From a virus (taxonomy: Duplodnaviria > Caudoviricetes), in the IMG/VR virus record IMGVR_UViG_3300013121_000029, positions 133,595 through 197,594 of that record: 64,000 nucleotides of DNA. The stretch is one strand, 5' to 3'. The position numbers and the translations under genes are program-made. The notes under the pieces are model-generated. The model was not told where the DNA came from, searched no databases, and saw nothing but the letters and a program-made list of their open reading frames with translations. Positions 42,301 to 53,243 of the stretch are shown piece after piece; position 1 is the first letter of the stretch, and each line of letters starts with the position of its first letter.

Positions 42301-45300
42301 CAACGTGATCTTGCAAAAACTCGAGATCACGTTGGGCTTTAGTTTGTTCTGGTTCTTTAAACACTTCTTCGTTGTATTTTTCCTTTTTAAATTTCCACCA
42401 CATATCAACTCTCCTTACACATAGAACATAATACAGCAGCATACGGTCGCATAATATTACCATTACTACATAAATGTTGTCCATAATCTACAGGTTGTTT
42501 TTTCCAATATTTGTTCTCTGTGTAACGATAACCTTCTTCGAGTGCAATTTTTATATGTTTTTGTTCAAACAGTGTCAATGCTTTAGCAAATTGTACTAAA
42601 GCATTATCAGTTGGAAGAGGCATTACTCCTTCTTTTACCATTACCTGTACAAAACCATATTGATCATTATCGTCTTGTTCTGTTTCGATCCATGGTTGTG
42701 AGTCACTAACTAAATTATCACGAATTACATAGTACAAATTGTGATTTTTCCAATAATTAGTAAACATGTAGTTAAAGTAATCTTGATTTGCTTCTAAATC
42801 CTTCTGTCCAAAAACTTCACCAGTATGTTTGTTATAAAGACGTTTTAATTTGTTAAGAATATCTTTGTCATTAATGGTAATTGTTACTTGCATATTACAT
42901 ATCCTCTTCCGGAATTTCTTCAAAACTATCCATATGAAAGCCTGGATGAACTCTTCCTTTACAATCAATCAAAATACAATGACCAGGCATATTAGGAATT
43001 TCACCAAGAAAATAAAGAAACACATCATTGTTAGGATCCCAAGTATCAGACCTTCTGAAATGGGGAACGAACGGATAGCATTTAGTATAATTGTCGTATG
43101 TTTTTTTATCTTCAAACCATTCGTCTTTCATACGAACAAGAGCATATTGCCTTATCATTTGTCTTGTACCTCTTTGTACAAAGGAAAAGAAGTATAACCA
43201 CTTTCAATATAAAATGGAGTCATAAACTTATCCAATCCTTCTTTAGTTGGAAAGAAACAAATCCACTTAGGTGGATCCTTTGGAGTAGGAGGGGTCATTA
43301 CAACATAACCCCATAATTCAAGATTCATATTACTCACCATACTTTTCTTGCAATGATTTTAACTGAGCACGTTCTTTTGCTTCTTGTTCTTGTTGTTGCT
43401 TCAATTGTTTCATCATTTTTTCATCAAGAATTTGTTGTTTCTTTTCTTCTATCTTTGTCACAGACAATTCTTTTGCTGCTGTGTTAATGTGAATTCTAAG
43501 TTGCTCTCTATCATTACGTACACTATCATTTTGTTCATACCAATCACTTTCTTCGGTATAACCATCAATGATAATGAAATGTTCCCAAGTACATACTTCA
43601 TAACCTTTAAATGCATCTTCTACAAGATTTTTTACAAGACGCTCAATTACTTCTTTGACATTCCTACTCGTAAACACATTGAATTCACTATTAGATGTTC
43701 CCATCACACATCCACGACAGGTATCAACACCATTCGGACGATAGGAGACAAGTGTGAAGATATGATTATTCATTTTTTCTTACCTTTATAGAGTAATTTT
43801 ACTATTTCCTGTTTAATGTTACTACTCTTGTCGTAGTCACGATCCTCCGCCCATCCAACCACCTTTAATCGTTCAAGTTGAGCAATTGCTTCAGCATACT
43901 CCTCCAACAATTGTTCAATACGTTGTTCTCTTGTCATTTAAACCTCAACGTAACGATACACAAAAATGTGTTTATTCTGCTCATAAAATGATGGTGCATG
44001 AGGACCGCTGTGCAGCCTATATGCAATTTTATCTACAATAATATCTTTTTGTGGTTCAGTATCTTTTGGACATACGACGTCAATAAAGTTACTATTGTAA
44101 TATCGATGTGAGACACGCAAGTTTGTATTTTCGATGGGTTCTAAACCATTGTGATCTCGACCATCATCATCTTCTTCATCATTCTCATACGATTCACGTT
44201 GAAACGTGAAACGGAATCCTCTTTCCAGGCATCCTTCTGTTTCACGCACTTCAAATGCTTCAACAAACGTTACGTCCCCTCCTTGTGCTCCATCTTCCTC
44301 TGAAGCAATCACAGGAAGATCCGCAAGAAAATCATCAGGTAACGAATTCAAAAATTGTTTTAGGTCAAGTGCATTACTAATAGTTGCTGACTCTTCCACA
44401 TTATACCTCTATTTTTCCTACAAATTTTACCTTATCAATTCGGTAATAATAATAATTTTCTTTATCTGTGTCATCTTTGTCCTTCATATTATCACCAAGA
44501 AAGACTTCAACCATATTGGGCATGACAACAAATTCAATACCTAGTTCACTGTCAAATTTCACAGCGTATTCCTTAGCAAGATTTTGTGCTTCTTCAACAG
44601 TTCCTGTTGCTCCAATAATCTCATGCTCGCTTCCATCATCGAAACATACTTCAGGAACTCGAGTTACTACATATACATATTGTTCTGACATAATTAACCT
44701 TTATTTGCTGAAATTTTTATGTTCATAAGGACAAATCTTTCTAACAGGACACTCGTTACAATACCATTCACTGGCTGCATCAAGAATACAGCCCCACGGT
44801 TCAGGAACATGGCCTTTACTTTCATCATAAGTCATCCAACTTACTTTTACAATTTCAGTATTTGCCACACGACGACAAAGTGCCATGATAATCTTATCTT
44901 TTTCTTGTTCAATAAGTTTAGGAGCATCAACTAATTGTTGATACTCCTCTTCTGTTAGAATATATTGCATTTTTATTTCACCTGTAATTTAGATGCTTCT
45001 TCAAGAAGGAAAGAAAGCAAATCCCAACGCAAACGTCCATATTCAGTATTATTGTTCCACTTGTCGTCTGTTTCTTCAAATTGCCAAAATGCTTGTTCGT
45101 TGTCGTTGCTTCCTACGACAATAGGGTAATTTACATTTCCACTAAATGAAGGCCATTTTTTCCACGTATCATGCATCCAATCATCTACAGCATCACGCAT
45201 ATTCCATGCATCAGAGACGTTTTGATCGAAAACATCTGCAAGAAAAATAGGTTTATAACGAACTACGTGCCATACATTATAGCAAATACCAACTTCTGGG

Positions 45301-45685
45301 TTATAACGTTCTTTTACAACATCAGCAAGAGCAGTATTAAGAACGTATACAAAATCAGCATCATATTTTTTCATACAATATCCTCAAATTCAATACGTCA
45401 TTATACTATGATAATGTGATAGGGACTACATTAATCAACATCGTGGAGGATAAAAATACCTCGATTAGGAAGAAACTCATCATCTTCAAAAAAGTAAGAA
45501 ATACTTTTCAAGTCGTTTTCCCATAGTACCATCACAAGTACTCTTTGGTTTCTATACTCTGCTGGCACTTCGATTGTGACACCATTACACCCTGTATAAG
45601 CAGAATGAAGTCGTGTACCAACCTTCATATTGTCTACATCATGTTGTGTAATCATATCACATTCCAAATGCTTTCTTTGCTTCAA
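39345..45685 (-). other. block of about 18 small hypothetical CDS (e.g. 39938-40513, 40846-41202, 41775-42128 CRIC/WPEG family, 43330-43773, 43938-44399, 44973-45374)
   Basis: Dense same-strand ORFs. Confidence 0.6.
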
Positions 45686-46145
45686 GCAAACGAGCGTATG
45701 CTTTTTGATATTTCACCATACGTTCAAAATCCTTCTCACGCAATCCTTTCAATCTTGTGATGTCACTGTTATCTCTCAAATCTTCAAGTTTAACAAGAAT
45801 AGCATCTTTGTTAAGAGCACAACGTTCAATGAAGTCCTCGTAAGATTCACCTTTACGTTTGGTAAGTGTATCAATACCATCAATAACACGCTGAGAAGCA
45901 TTTAGTTTAATGTATGACCCATATGTCCATTCTGTGTCATCTTCAGCACAGTAATCATCACCATGATCCTCAATTACATCATGACCAATAGCAATCTGCA
46001 TCAATTCTTCATCAGTAGTGCGAAGACGCATCATCATACGAATCGGATGCAGAATATAAGCATTGCCACCTTTATCAAGATCATTCTCATGTGCTCTGGC
46101 AGCAAGAGCAATCATTTGGCCTAATGTTAACATACATATCTCCAA
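45657..46145 (-). CDS. HD-domain (p)ppGpp hydrolase-like protein (small RelA/SpoT hydrolase)
   Basis: A.RAHE..DKGG..YILHP, HDVIED, A ILVKLEDLRDN. Confidence 0.85.
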   Translation of the reverse strand: MEICMLTLGQMIALAARAHENDLDKGGNAYILHPIRMMMRLRTTDEELMQIAIGHDVIEDHGDDYCAEDDTEWTYGSYIKLNASQRVIDGIDTLTKRKGESYEDFIERCALNKDAILVKLEDLRDNSDITRLKGLREKDFERMVKYQKAYARLLEAKKAFGM

Positions 46146-46916
46146 GCAATAATGGTATATTGTTGTAACAACACAGGATCTTGGTCATCAGTGGGATCGA
46201 CTAACTTAAACACTGCTTTGTGAGGCAGCTCACCATGCATCACGACCTTAATTACAAAAGGCTCACACTCGTTGTCGTCATCTTCGACCAACAAGAACAG
46301 TTCCTTTCCTGTTTGAGGAAAAGTTTGAGGATCCCACGATGTAGTGACTGCTATCCAATTATTATTCATGTACTGCCTCTTTTATACTTTGGTTGAAGAC
46401 TTATTGGTTCTCATTTCGTCAAATTCAGTTTGAATGTCCATTGCTACATCATCCATTACATCACTATCAAACAAAACATCCATTACAAATTGTTTCAATG
46501 TAGTGCCTGGTTCCAAATCTTTTTCCTTTTTCAAATAAGCATAATCTTCCTTAAATGCTTCATCCTTCATACATTGTTTGATAATTTCCTTTGCCAATGC
46601 TCTTACTTTTTTCTGATAACTTTCTGCTTCAAATTTCATATTATTTTCCCAACCTTATAAAATATTCCATTTTGCCATTGGAATCTTTACGTGTTCTCCA
46701 CTTTTTTACTTCACTCGTCCAACCATATTTTGTTTGAAGAAACTGCTCAAATTTCTTCCTCTTGTGACCCATTGAATCACAACAGATTACTACCTCTAAC
46801 GGAATGAGAAACACACTAAACGCAAATTCATCATTTCCGAAAAATTCTACGTATGCACTTCTAATTTTTTCGTTCAGTTGCATCGTCAATCCTCTCATCA
46901 ATACATCATTATACAT
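46127..46916 (-). other. three small hypothetical CDS
   Basis: ORF track. Confidence 0.6.
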
Positions 46917-47598
46917 GTTTCACAAGTTTGTTACGAATGTCTTCCCGTCCATACACCTTTTCAGGAAATAATGGATTCCTCATGCAAGTATCATCCTCAA
47001 TCTCAATAGGAATAAATGATATACGCACAAACGTCCTCATAATACCATTAGTTAATACTGGACGTCTGTGAACACAATATGGATCAATCAGATAAAAAGT
47101 ACCTGCTTTAGCAATACGAATATCTTCTTGCTTAGCATGATCCTGAAAATACCAATGTATATTATGCTTCATGCCATCAAATGTTTCTGGCATTTTCCAA
47201 CATGTAGACAAATATTCTGTTGGCTCTACATTTACATAGATATAATTTTGTTCAGGAACGTGTGGCATTCTCAATGAGAATCCATCCACGTGCCAAAGAT
47301 CATCAGTGGTTGATTTAACAATGCCATGTCTAACTGTAACATATATAAATGGATTATGTAGACTATTTGCTTTTTGGATATCATCTAATTGATGGATAGT
47401 TGATTCTAACCATTTTAGTTCTGGAGGTATAGTAAGAGGCAATACATTACTTCTTACCATCATTCTAAGAATGTATTGTTCATTGGTATCTGGAACATCT
47501 TTACCTTCCATAATAGCAATAGGATCGTTGGGTAAAGAAAAATCACGCAAATTTAAATTACGTGTTGCTTTATCAATAAATGTTTGTGGAATTTTCAT
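46909..47598 (-). CDS. putative 2OG-Fe(II) oxygenase-fold protein
   Basis: WHVDG (HxD), distal VHRRP, RTFVR. Confidence 0.5.
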   Translation of the reverse strand: MKIPQTFIDKATRNLNLRDFSLPNDPIAIMEGKDVPDTNEQYILRMMVRSNVLPLTIPPELKWLESTIHQLDDIQKANSLHNPFIYVTVRHGIVKSTTDDLWHVDGFSLRMPHVPEQNYIYVNVEPTEYLSTCWKMPETFDGMKHNIHWYFQDHAKQEDIRIAKAGTFYLIDPYCVHRRPVLTNGIMRTFVRISFIPIEIEDDTCMRNPLFPEKVYGREDIRNKLVKHV

Positions 47599-47672
47599 GT
47601 TGTTTCTACAATATTGTATAAGATTACTCAACGTTAATACATCATTATACAATATATCGAAAGGAGGTTCAA

Positions 47673-48320
47673 TTATCTCCCTAACACTACATATTGTTCG
47701 TCAGAGGTTGTTTCAAAACCTAAACAATAATCATTGTCCCAATCAAAATATTTTTGGATAGTCGCATTTTTTTCATATTCTGCTTTCGTCCATCCATGTG
47801 ACATCAACATTTCACTAAGATCCTTCTTCTCTACTGGAAAGTACTCCAACGAATGAACTCGTGCTATCTCGGAAATAGTGTTTATAACCACAGAATCATC
47901 AACACCATATATTATACCTGGAGCTCCATTCTGTTTAAACACTAATCCTTTGATCTTTCCACCTTTGTAAAACAATTCACCCACATTATCCAATTCATGC
48001 TTAACTAATTTCATTATATTTGGATAACTATCAATATACAATTTAGCCCATACATATTCAGGGTGTCCAGTCCAATTAATATAAACCATAATGTTTAATG
48101 TAGGAATAAACAGAAAGTTTCCATCTTTTGTTATTAATACATAGCGTTCGTGCTCATCGGAATGATGAATCCACCTTGAAGATGTTAATCGAGAACCAAG
48201 TAACACTTCGATTCCTACATCATCATTTATCTTGAAACATTTAACACCAGGTTGTTTAATATCCCATTGTCTAAAATGATTCTTAGCACTTTTACTTTCT
48301 AATAATTGTTCTATTTTCAT
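47673..48320 (-). CDS. tandem-array protein 8 (MKIEQLLES)
   Basis: 215 aa, shared N-terminus. Confidence 0.8.
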   Translation of the reverse strand: MKIEQLLESKSAKNHFRQWDIKQPGVKCFKINDDVGIEVLLGSRLTSSRWIHHSDEHERYVLITKDGNFLFIPTLNIMVYINWTGHPEYVWAKLYIDSYPNIMKLVKHELDNVGELFYKGGKIKGLVFKQNGAPGIIYGVDDSVVINTISEIARVHSLEYFPVEKKDLSEMLMSHGWTKAEYEKNATIQKYFDWDNDYCLGFETTSDEQYVVLGR

Positions 48321-48321
48321 A

Positions 48322-48966
48322 TTATTCCATCACAGCAAAAATTGTAAATTCACCATTCTTAACCTTCCAACATATTAAAGATTCGTCCACACGATCAATA
48401 GTTGCATCATCATTGAGTTTAAGTGGACTATTTTTAATGTACCTTTTTATATCTGATACTGTTACTTGTTTTATTTCTAATTGTTTGTTATAACCATATG
48501 CTACTATACAAAATTCATTTATAGTTGGTTCATACCACATATGAGTTTTATCAGCAATATATGTCACGTCAGTTCTGTAATCATATTCAATCAACAGGGC
48601 TGCTTGTTTTGTTTTGTAAAACAATTCAGAATTTATATACCAATGTTTTTTATCCACTAATTTTACTAATTCTTGTCTCACCATTCGATTAATGTCTTTC
48701 CATGGTGCAAACGTTCCGTGTTCATCTATTAGTATTGGATAATCAGGCATCCACAAATAATTCTGTTTATTTGTTATAATTAGATATTTGTCAAATGGTT
48801 GTCCATTAATATCAATAATTGTGTCAACTACAGCCCCACCTAGAAAATCTGCAATTAAATTAGCGCCTTCTTTTATGTGAAAAACTTTTGCGTCTTGATC
48901 CTTATACACAAGAGTAACAAAATCTTTTGAACTTTTTCCTTCTCGTAATAATTGTTCTACTTTCAT
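48322..48966 (-). CDS. tandem-array protein 7 (MKVEQLLRE)
   Basis: 214 aa. Confidence 0.8.
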   Translation of the reverse strand: MKVEQLLREGKSSKDFVTLVYKDQDAKVFHIKEGANLIADFLGGAVVDTIIDINGQPFDKYLIITNKQNYLWMPDYPILIDEHGTFAPWKDINRMVRQELVKLVDKKHWYINSELFYKTKQAALLIEYDYRTDVTYIADKTHMWYEPTINEFCIVAYGYNKQLEIKQVTVSDIKRYIKNSPLKLNDDATIDRVDESLICWKVKNGEFTIFAVME

Positions 48967-49604
48967 ATATTCCTCATACTAACATAAACACAATCATCAA
49001 CATCCATCTCGATAGTCATAACCTTATAAATTACTCTATTTGGCTTACACCCAGTCCAATTCAATATACTCTTATGCTCTTTATATTGTTCCCTAAATTC
49101 TTTTGAGGTAAATACTGATAATACCTTCCCAGGCACTCCATCAAATTCATCCTCAATAATAGTCGGAAAATCAATTACCATCTTGGTACCACGTATGTCC
49201 GCACTTTTTTGTACACCTAATAACTTAACTCCTTTTACATCTAATCCCATACATACTTGACTAATACCACTCAACTTAAATTCCTTAACTAACCAAGATA
49301 CAAACTTCGTGTCCTTCCTAAAAGCATAAAACGAACATTGCTCCGCAAAACAATTATAACAATACATAAACATACCTTTAAACACCTTTATAACATATGG
49401 ACCATATTTATCCAATATCACATAATACTCTACATCCCCAATAACATACTCCTCTTCATCCATAATCTTTAATACATCCAATAATTGTAATCCAATAAAA
49501 TCCTTTACCTTTAATACCCTCTTCCCACCATCCCTATAAACCATCTCAAAATGTTGATCCTTAGATTTCTTGGTCCCTTGTTCTAATACCTCAGTTAATA
49601 ACAT
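48963..49604 (-). CDS. tandem-array protein 6 (MLLTEVLEQ)
   Basis: 213 aa. Confidence 0.8.
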   Translation of the reverse strand: MLLTEVLEQGTKKSKDQHFEMVYRDGGKRVLKVKDFIGLQLLDVLKIMDEEEYVIGDVEYYVILDKYGPYVIKVFKGMFMYCYNCFAEQCSFYAFRKDTKFVSWLVKEFKLSGISQVCMGLDVKGVKLLGVQKSADIRGTKMVIDFPTIIEDEFDGVPGKVLSVFTSKEFREQYKEHKSILNWTGCKPNRVIYKVMTIEMDVDDCVYVSMRNI

Positions 49605-49605
49605 A

Positions 49606-50274
49606 TCAACCTTCCATTATTACATAATATAATATCATCGCAGCACTCCCCACTATCCTCTCACATCGCAACTTCTTATCCAAATCATAAATTGCCCTAT
49701 ATACCCCACGACTTGTCTCGTGCTCATCTTCATAATCACTCACTTCATCTAACATCTTACTAATACTACATTTATCCGATTCCCCAATCCATGAAGCACA
49801 TGCAGCCTCCTTTATCATTCCTTCTAACCATTCAGGATTTATAAAACTTGTGGAAATAGAATTGTACTCATGATTACACTCCACTATCCCCTTCACACTC
49901 TCCAATCCATAAAATACCTTCTTTATCATTGAATCACTTGTTCTATTATCTACCAACTTCCATAACTCTGGATATTCATCCTTTATGTCCTTCCACAAAT
50001 ACATTTTCTCATTTTCATCTACAATAACTGGCACCATTGGTATAAACAAAAAATTCCTTCTCTTACTAATTACATAATACTTCCCCCACCCATGTCCCCC
50101 ATCATATCCAGGACCATATTCCCTATATGCTGCCAGCAAATCAGCAGTCAATAATAACTCCGCTCCAACCTTATCCAATATCTGAAATACTTTGTACTTT
50201 GTAGTACCAATATCAATTAACTGTATATGATTCTTTGTACTTTTCTTATCGTGTAATACCTCTAATAACTTCAT
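49606..50274 (-). CDS. tandem-array protein 5 (MKLLEVLHD)
   Basis: 222 aa. Confidence 0.8.
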   Translation of the reverse strand: MKLLEVLHDKKSTKNHIQLIDIGTTKYKVFQILDKVGAELLLTADLLAAYREYGPGYDGGHGWGKYYVISKRRNFLFIPMVPVIVDENEKMYLWKDIKDEYPELWKLVDNRTSDSMIKKVFYGLESVKGIVECNHEYNSISTSFINPEWLEGMIKEAACASWIGESDKCSISKMLDEVSDYEDEHETSRGVYRAIYDLDKKLRCERIVGSAAMILYYVIMEG

Positions 50275-50277
50275 TAC

Positions 50278-50919
50278 TCAAGACTCCAAAATTACATAAA
50301 AATTAAAACCTTTATCACTATACTTAACACAATCAGTATCTTCAGGTAACTTAGATACATAATTATATGCCTCAGTACTCACATTCTGTAATTCCCTTGC
50401 AACACTCATACCACTCATATCAATTGGTACCTTATTATACACGCTTATAGCATAACATATATCAGTAATTGCTGCTATATACCATGTGTAAGAATCTGAG
50501 TATGATGGAAAAATGATATTTGTTACATTAGTGCCTTTTTCCACAGATATAATACATTTTGGAGTCGTTCTACCATAAAACAATCTCTCATGCAATTCTA
50601 ATTCACCATCTCTTACCAGTTCTTGTAACTCTGGATACTTTGTGAAAATATCACACTCTGACATATAACTTTCATCGCCCATTGCTACAGGAATACCAGG
50701 CAAAAATAAATAAGTTTGCTCCTTCGTAAGAATAATATAATTATCAACAGATGTATACTTTAAATTGTTATAAGTACGCAATATATAAGGAGCATTACAC
50801 AATAACTTTACCCCTTCCTCATCCTTTACCTCAAATACCTTTACCCTGTTACCACTTATAGGTATTCTCTTTATGTGGTTATTAGATTTTTTTGTTTCCA
50901 GTAATTGTTCTAATTTCAT
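50278..50919 (-). CDS. tandem-array protein 4 (MKLEQLLET)
   Basis: 213 aa. Confidence 0.8.
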   Translation of the reverse strand: MKLEQLLETKKSNNHIKRIPISGNRVKVFEVKDEEGVKLLCNAPYILRTYNNLKYTSVDNYIILTKEQTYLFLPGIPVAMGDESYMSECDIFTKYPELQELVRDGELELHERLFYGRTTPKCIISVEKGTNVTNIIFPSYSDSYTWYIAAITDICYAISVYNKVPIDMSGMSVARELQNVSTEAYNYVSKLPEDTDCVKYSDKGFNFYVILES

Positions 50920-51100
50920 TTAATTCTTCCTTTAGGAATTGCAACATATATATCCTCATCCTCATTGATAGGAATACTGGTTCTATATATAACACAATGT
51001 TTATTATCCATTAACCACTTCTTACATTTTTCACATTGTTCTTTATCCTTAAAAACATACTCGCACTCTTCCCTTCTACTAACAATTCACCTAATTTCAT
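50916..51100 (-). pseudogene. internally deleted array member
   Basis: MKLGELLVEGKSA joined out of frame to family-like C-terminus ...KKWLMDNKHCVIYR...DIYVAIPK. Confidence 0.7.
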
Positions 51101-51101
51101 T

Positions 51102-51740
51102 TCACATACTCACATATATTCTATTCAACATTGATGATGATACATAGTTACACCTATATACCTGCTTCCCACTGTTAGCAACAACCCACTTATCCAATAT
51201 GTCACTGTTCTTCTCATTCTTCACAACATTATTGTCAGCATTAATCTCTTCCTCTACATCCTTCCAATCCAATACCTCATAATCCATTATCTCATGTACT
51301 GGATAAAATTTTATCGTCTGCAAACTACAATGATCTTTGTTACTTGTAGTAATAGATTGCCACTCAAGTACCTTTAATATACTATACTCCACATTAGGCC
51401 CAAACCCTACCACAAACCTTTCTATCGGACTACGCAAATTAAACTCTTTCACCAATACATCTTCCAATACTAAAGGCACACTACTCAAAGAACATAATCC
51501 ATCATTCTCATCATACACCTCCTTCACTATACCCCCATTAGACCCAATATAATAATTCCCACCTCTATACACTACTACATGCCACATACTACTCAGTTCA
51601 AATAAAAAAGGATCACCACCTAATAACTCCAAACCTTTAGCACTATCAGTCTTAAATAACTTAACACCTCTCTCATCATATACCTTTACTATATGATCCT
51701 TGGCACTCTTCTTACTTTCTAATAATTGACCTAACTTCAT
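51102..51740 (-). CDS. tandem-array protein 3 (MKLGQLLES)
   Basis: 212 aa. Confidence 0.8.
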   Translation of the reverse strand: MKLGQLLESKKSAKDHIVKVYDERGVKLFKTDSAKGLELLGGDPFLFELSSMWHVVVYRGGNYYIGSNGGIVKEVYDENDGLCSLSSVPLVLEDVLVKEFNLRSPIERFVVGFGPNVEYSILKVLEWQSITTSNKDHCSLQTIKFYPVHEIMDYEVLDWKDVEEEINADNNVVKNEKNSDILDKWVVANSGKQVYRCNYVSSSMLNRIYVSM

Positions 51741-51741
51741 A

Positions 51742-52374
51742 TCATACCTTCACACTTATCCATGTTTCCACATCAGGAAATGTATCATAATAAACAGTGC
51801 TTATATCATAGATCTTTTTCCCCACTTGTGCCTTTGCCCATTCTATAACCTCATTGTTTTTATTTTTATGATGAGGATCACGCATATACTCAACAAATTC
51901 ATCCACACTATACTCCTGATGTATAAAATGAACAATCTCTTCTTTTGTTAATTTTGTCTTTCCACTATGATTACTATCAATATGATTCAACACCCACAGC
52001 CATACAGAAGAATCCAAATCTAACCTCATACACACTCTCTCTACCTTAGTTAATGTTCCAAATATTATATTCTCTAACTTCGGCTGTCCTCTTAACCACA
52101 TAAAATTAACCATCGTTCCATTCTCATCCCAACAAAGAGGCAAACTTGGCGTTATCTCAATTAACCATCTCTTCTTATTATACATTACAACATAAAATAA
52201 GGTATTAGGCCAATCCTTTATCCGCTTCCACTTACCATAATAATCCAATACATCTAAGGCGTCCACATCGTCTATACAATATGCCCTCCACCCTCCTTCC
52301 TCATATACTTTCTCAACAGGCCTTTTGATTTTAGTACTGTTTCCACCTTCATATAACAATTCACTTAACCTCAT
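51742..52374 (-). CDS. tandem-array protein 2 (MRLSELLYE)
   Basis: Start trimmed to family-type Met. Confidence 0.8.
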   Translation of the reverse strand: MRLSELLYEGGNSTKIKRPVEKVYEEGGWRAYCIDDVDALDVLDYYGKWKRIKDWPNTLFYVVMYNKKRWLIEITPSLPLCWDENGTMVNFMWLRGQPKLENIIFGTLTKVERVCMRLDLDSSVWLWVLNHIDSNHSGKTKLTKEEIVHFIHQEYSVDEFVEYMRDPHHKNKNNEVIEWAKAQVGKKIYDISTVYYDTFPDVETWISVKV

Positions 52375-52375
52375 A

Positions 52376-52996
52376 TCATACACCCTTCACAGCCAAATAT
52401 ACATTAACCACTTCATCAGACGAATTAACTAGATAAAACTTATAACCCCTACACTTCTCTAACCACTTCTCAAAAGTATCAACCATCGCCTTTCGTTCTT
52501 CCTCATCAGCAACACAATCAGCAGCATTATTAAACCATACCCCAATGTCCCCAAGCGATAACTCCTTCTCCATTACAAAACCATTAACATCATGCCTTCC
52601 CTCAACTACACACTCACACTTATCATAATTCCACCATATCTCTAAATGCTCTACCCCCTCAATATCAAACCCTAAACAATACATATCTAATTTGTTAAAT
52701 CTCTCACTTAACCATCTCTGCACGTTAGTACTGACTACATATAAATTCTTATTATCACCATCAGAATCACTCGTATATAACTTATCTCCACTTACTAATA
52801 ACCACCTCTCCACCCCACTAGACCTAATATAATACAAAAAATCTTCTTCCTCTATATCATGCATACCATTGTAATTCAATAACTCACCAGCAAGCGGACC
52901 CTCACCACCAACTATTAAATCCCTACCATCACGATAGTATACCTTAATATGATCCTTGGCACCCTTACCCTCACTTAATATGTCTCTCACTCTCAT
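52376..52996 (-). CDS. tandem-array protein 1 (MRVRDILSE)
   Basis: Start trimmed to family-type Met downstream of late promoter. Confidence 0.8.
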   Translation of the reverse strand: MRVRDILSEGKGAKDHIKVYYRDGRDLIVGGEGPLAGELLNYNGMHDIEEEDFLYYIRSSGVERWLLVSGDKLYTSDSDGDNKNLYVVSTNVQRWLSERFNKLDMYCLGFDIEGVEHLEIWWNYDKCECVVEGRHDVNGFVMEKELSLGDIGVWFNNAADCVADEEERKAMVDTFEKWLEKCRGYKFYLVNSSDEVVNVYLAVKGV

Positions 52997-53023
52997 TATA
53001 CACGATTCCATCATAGGTAACAA

Positions 53024-53030
53024 TATTTAT
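53024..53030 (-). promoter_or_regulatory. T4-type late promoter ATAAATA driving the array
   Basis: Same motif precedes several other MKLxE/LTE-type genes (5237, 7561, 9566, 19159). Confidence 0.55.
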
Positions 53031-53243
53031 GATCCCTGGAATGTAGGTCCGATGAAACCAAAAAGGGATACCAGAAAATAGATAAAGGAAAATTAATGGA
53101 AACCTACACTGAAATCAATGATATATACACTGGAATACCTGAAGCAAAATTGTTGAAAAAGAATGCGGTGTATATCACATTGTGGACAACAATTAAGCCT
53201 GGTCCACTGTGGATGAGCTATATAATTTCCTAAAATACCTTTT

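Noticed and set aside
584-46660. Numerous plus-strand ORFs antisense to minus-strand genes (e.g. 584-1354, 34017-34610, 38173-38598, 40001-40534) and minus-strand ORFs at 56-62 kb
   Set aside because: They are shadows of better-supported genes: no RBS or promoter, and atypical composition.
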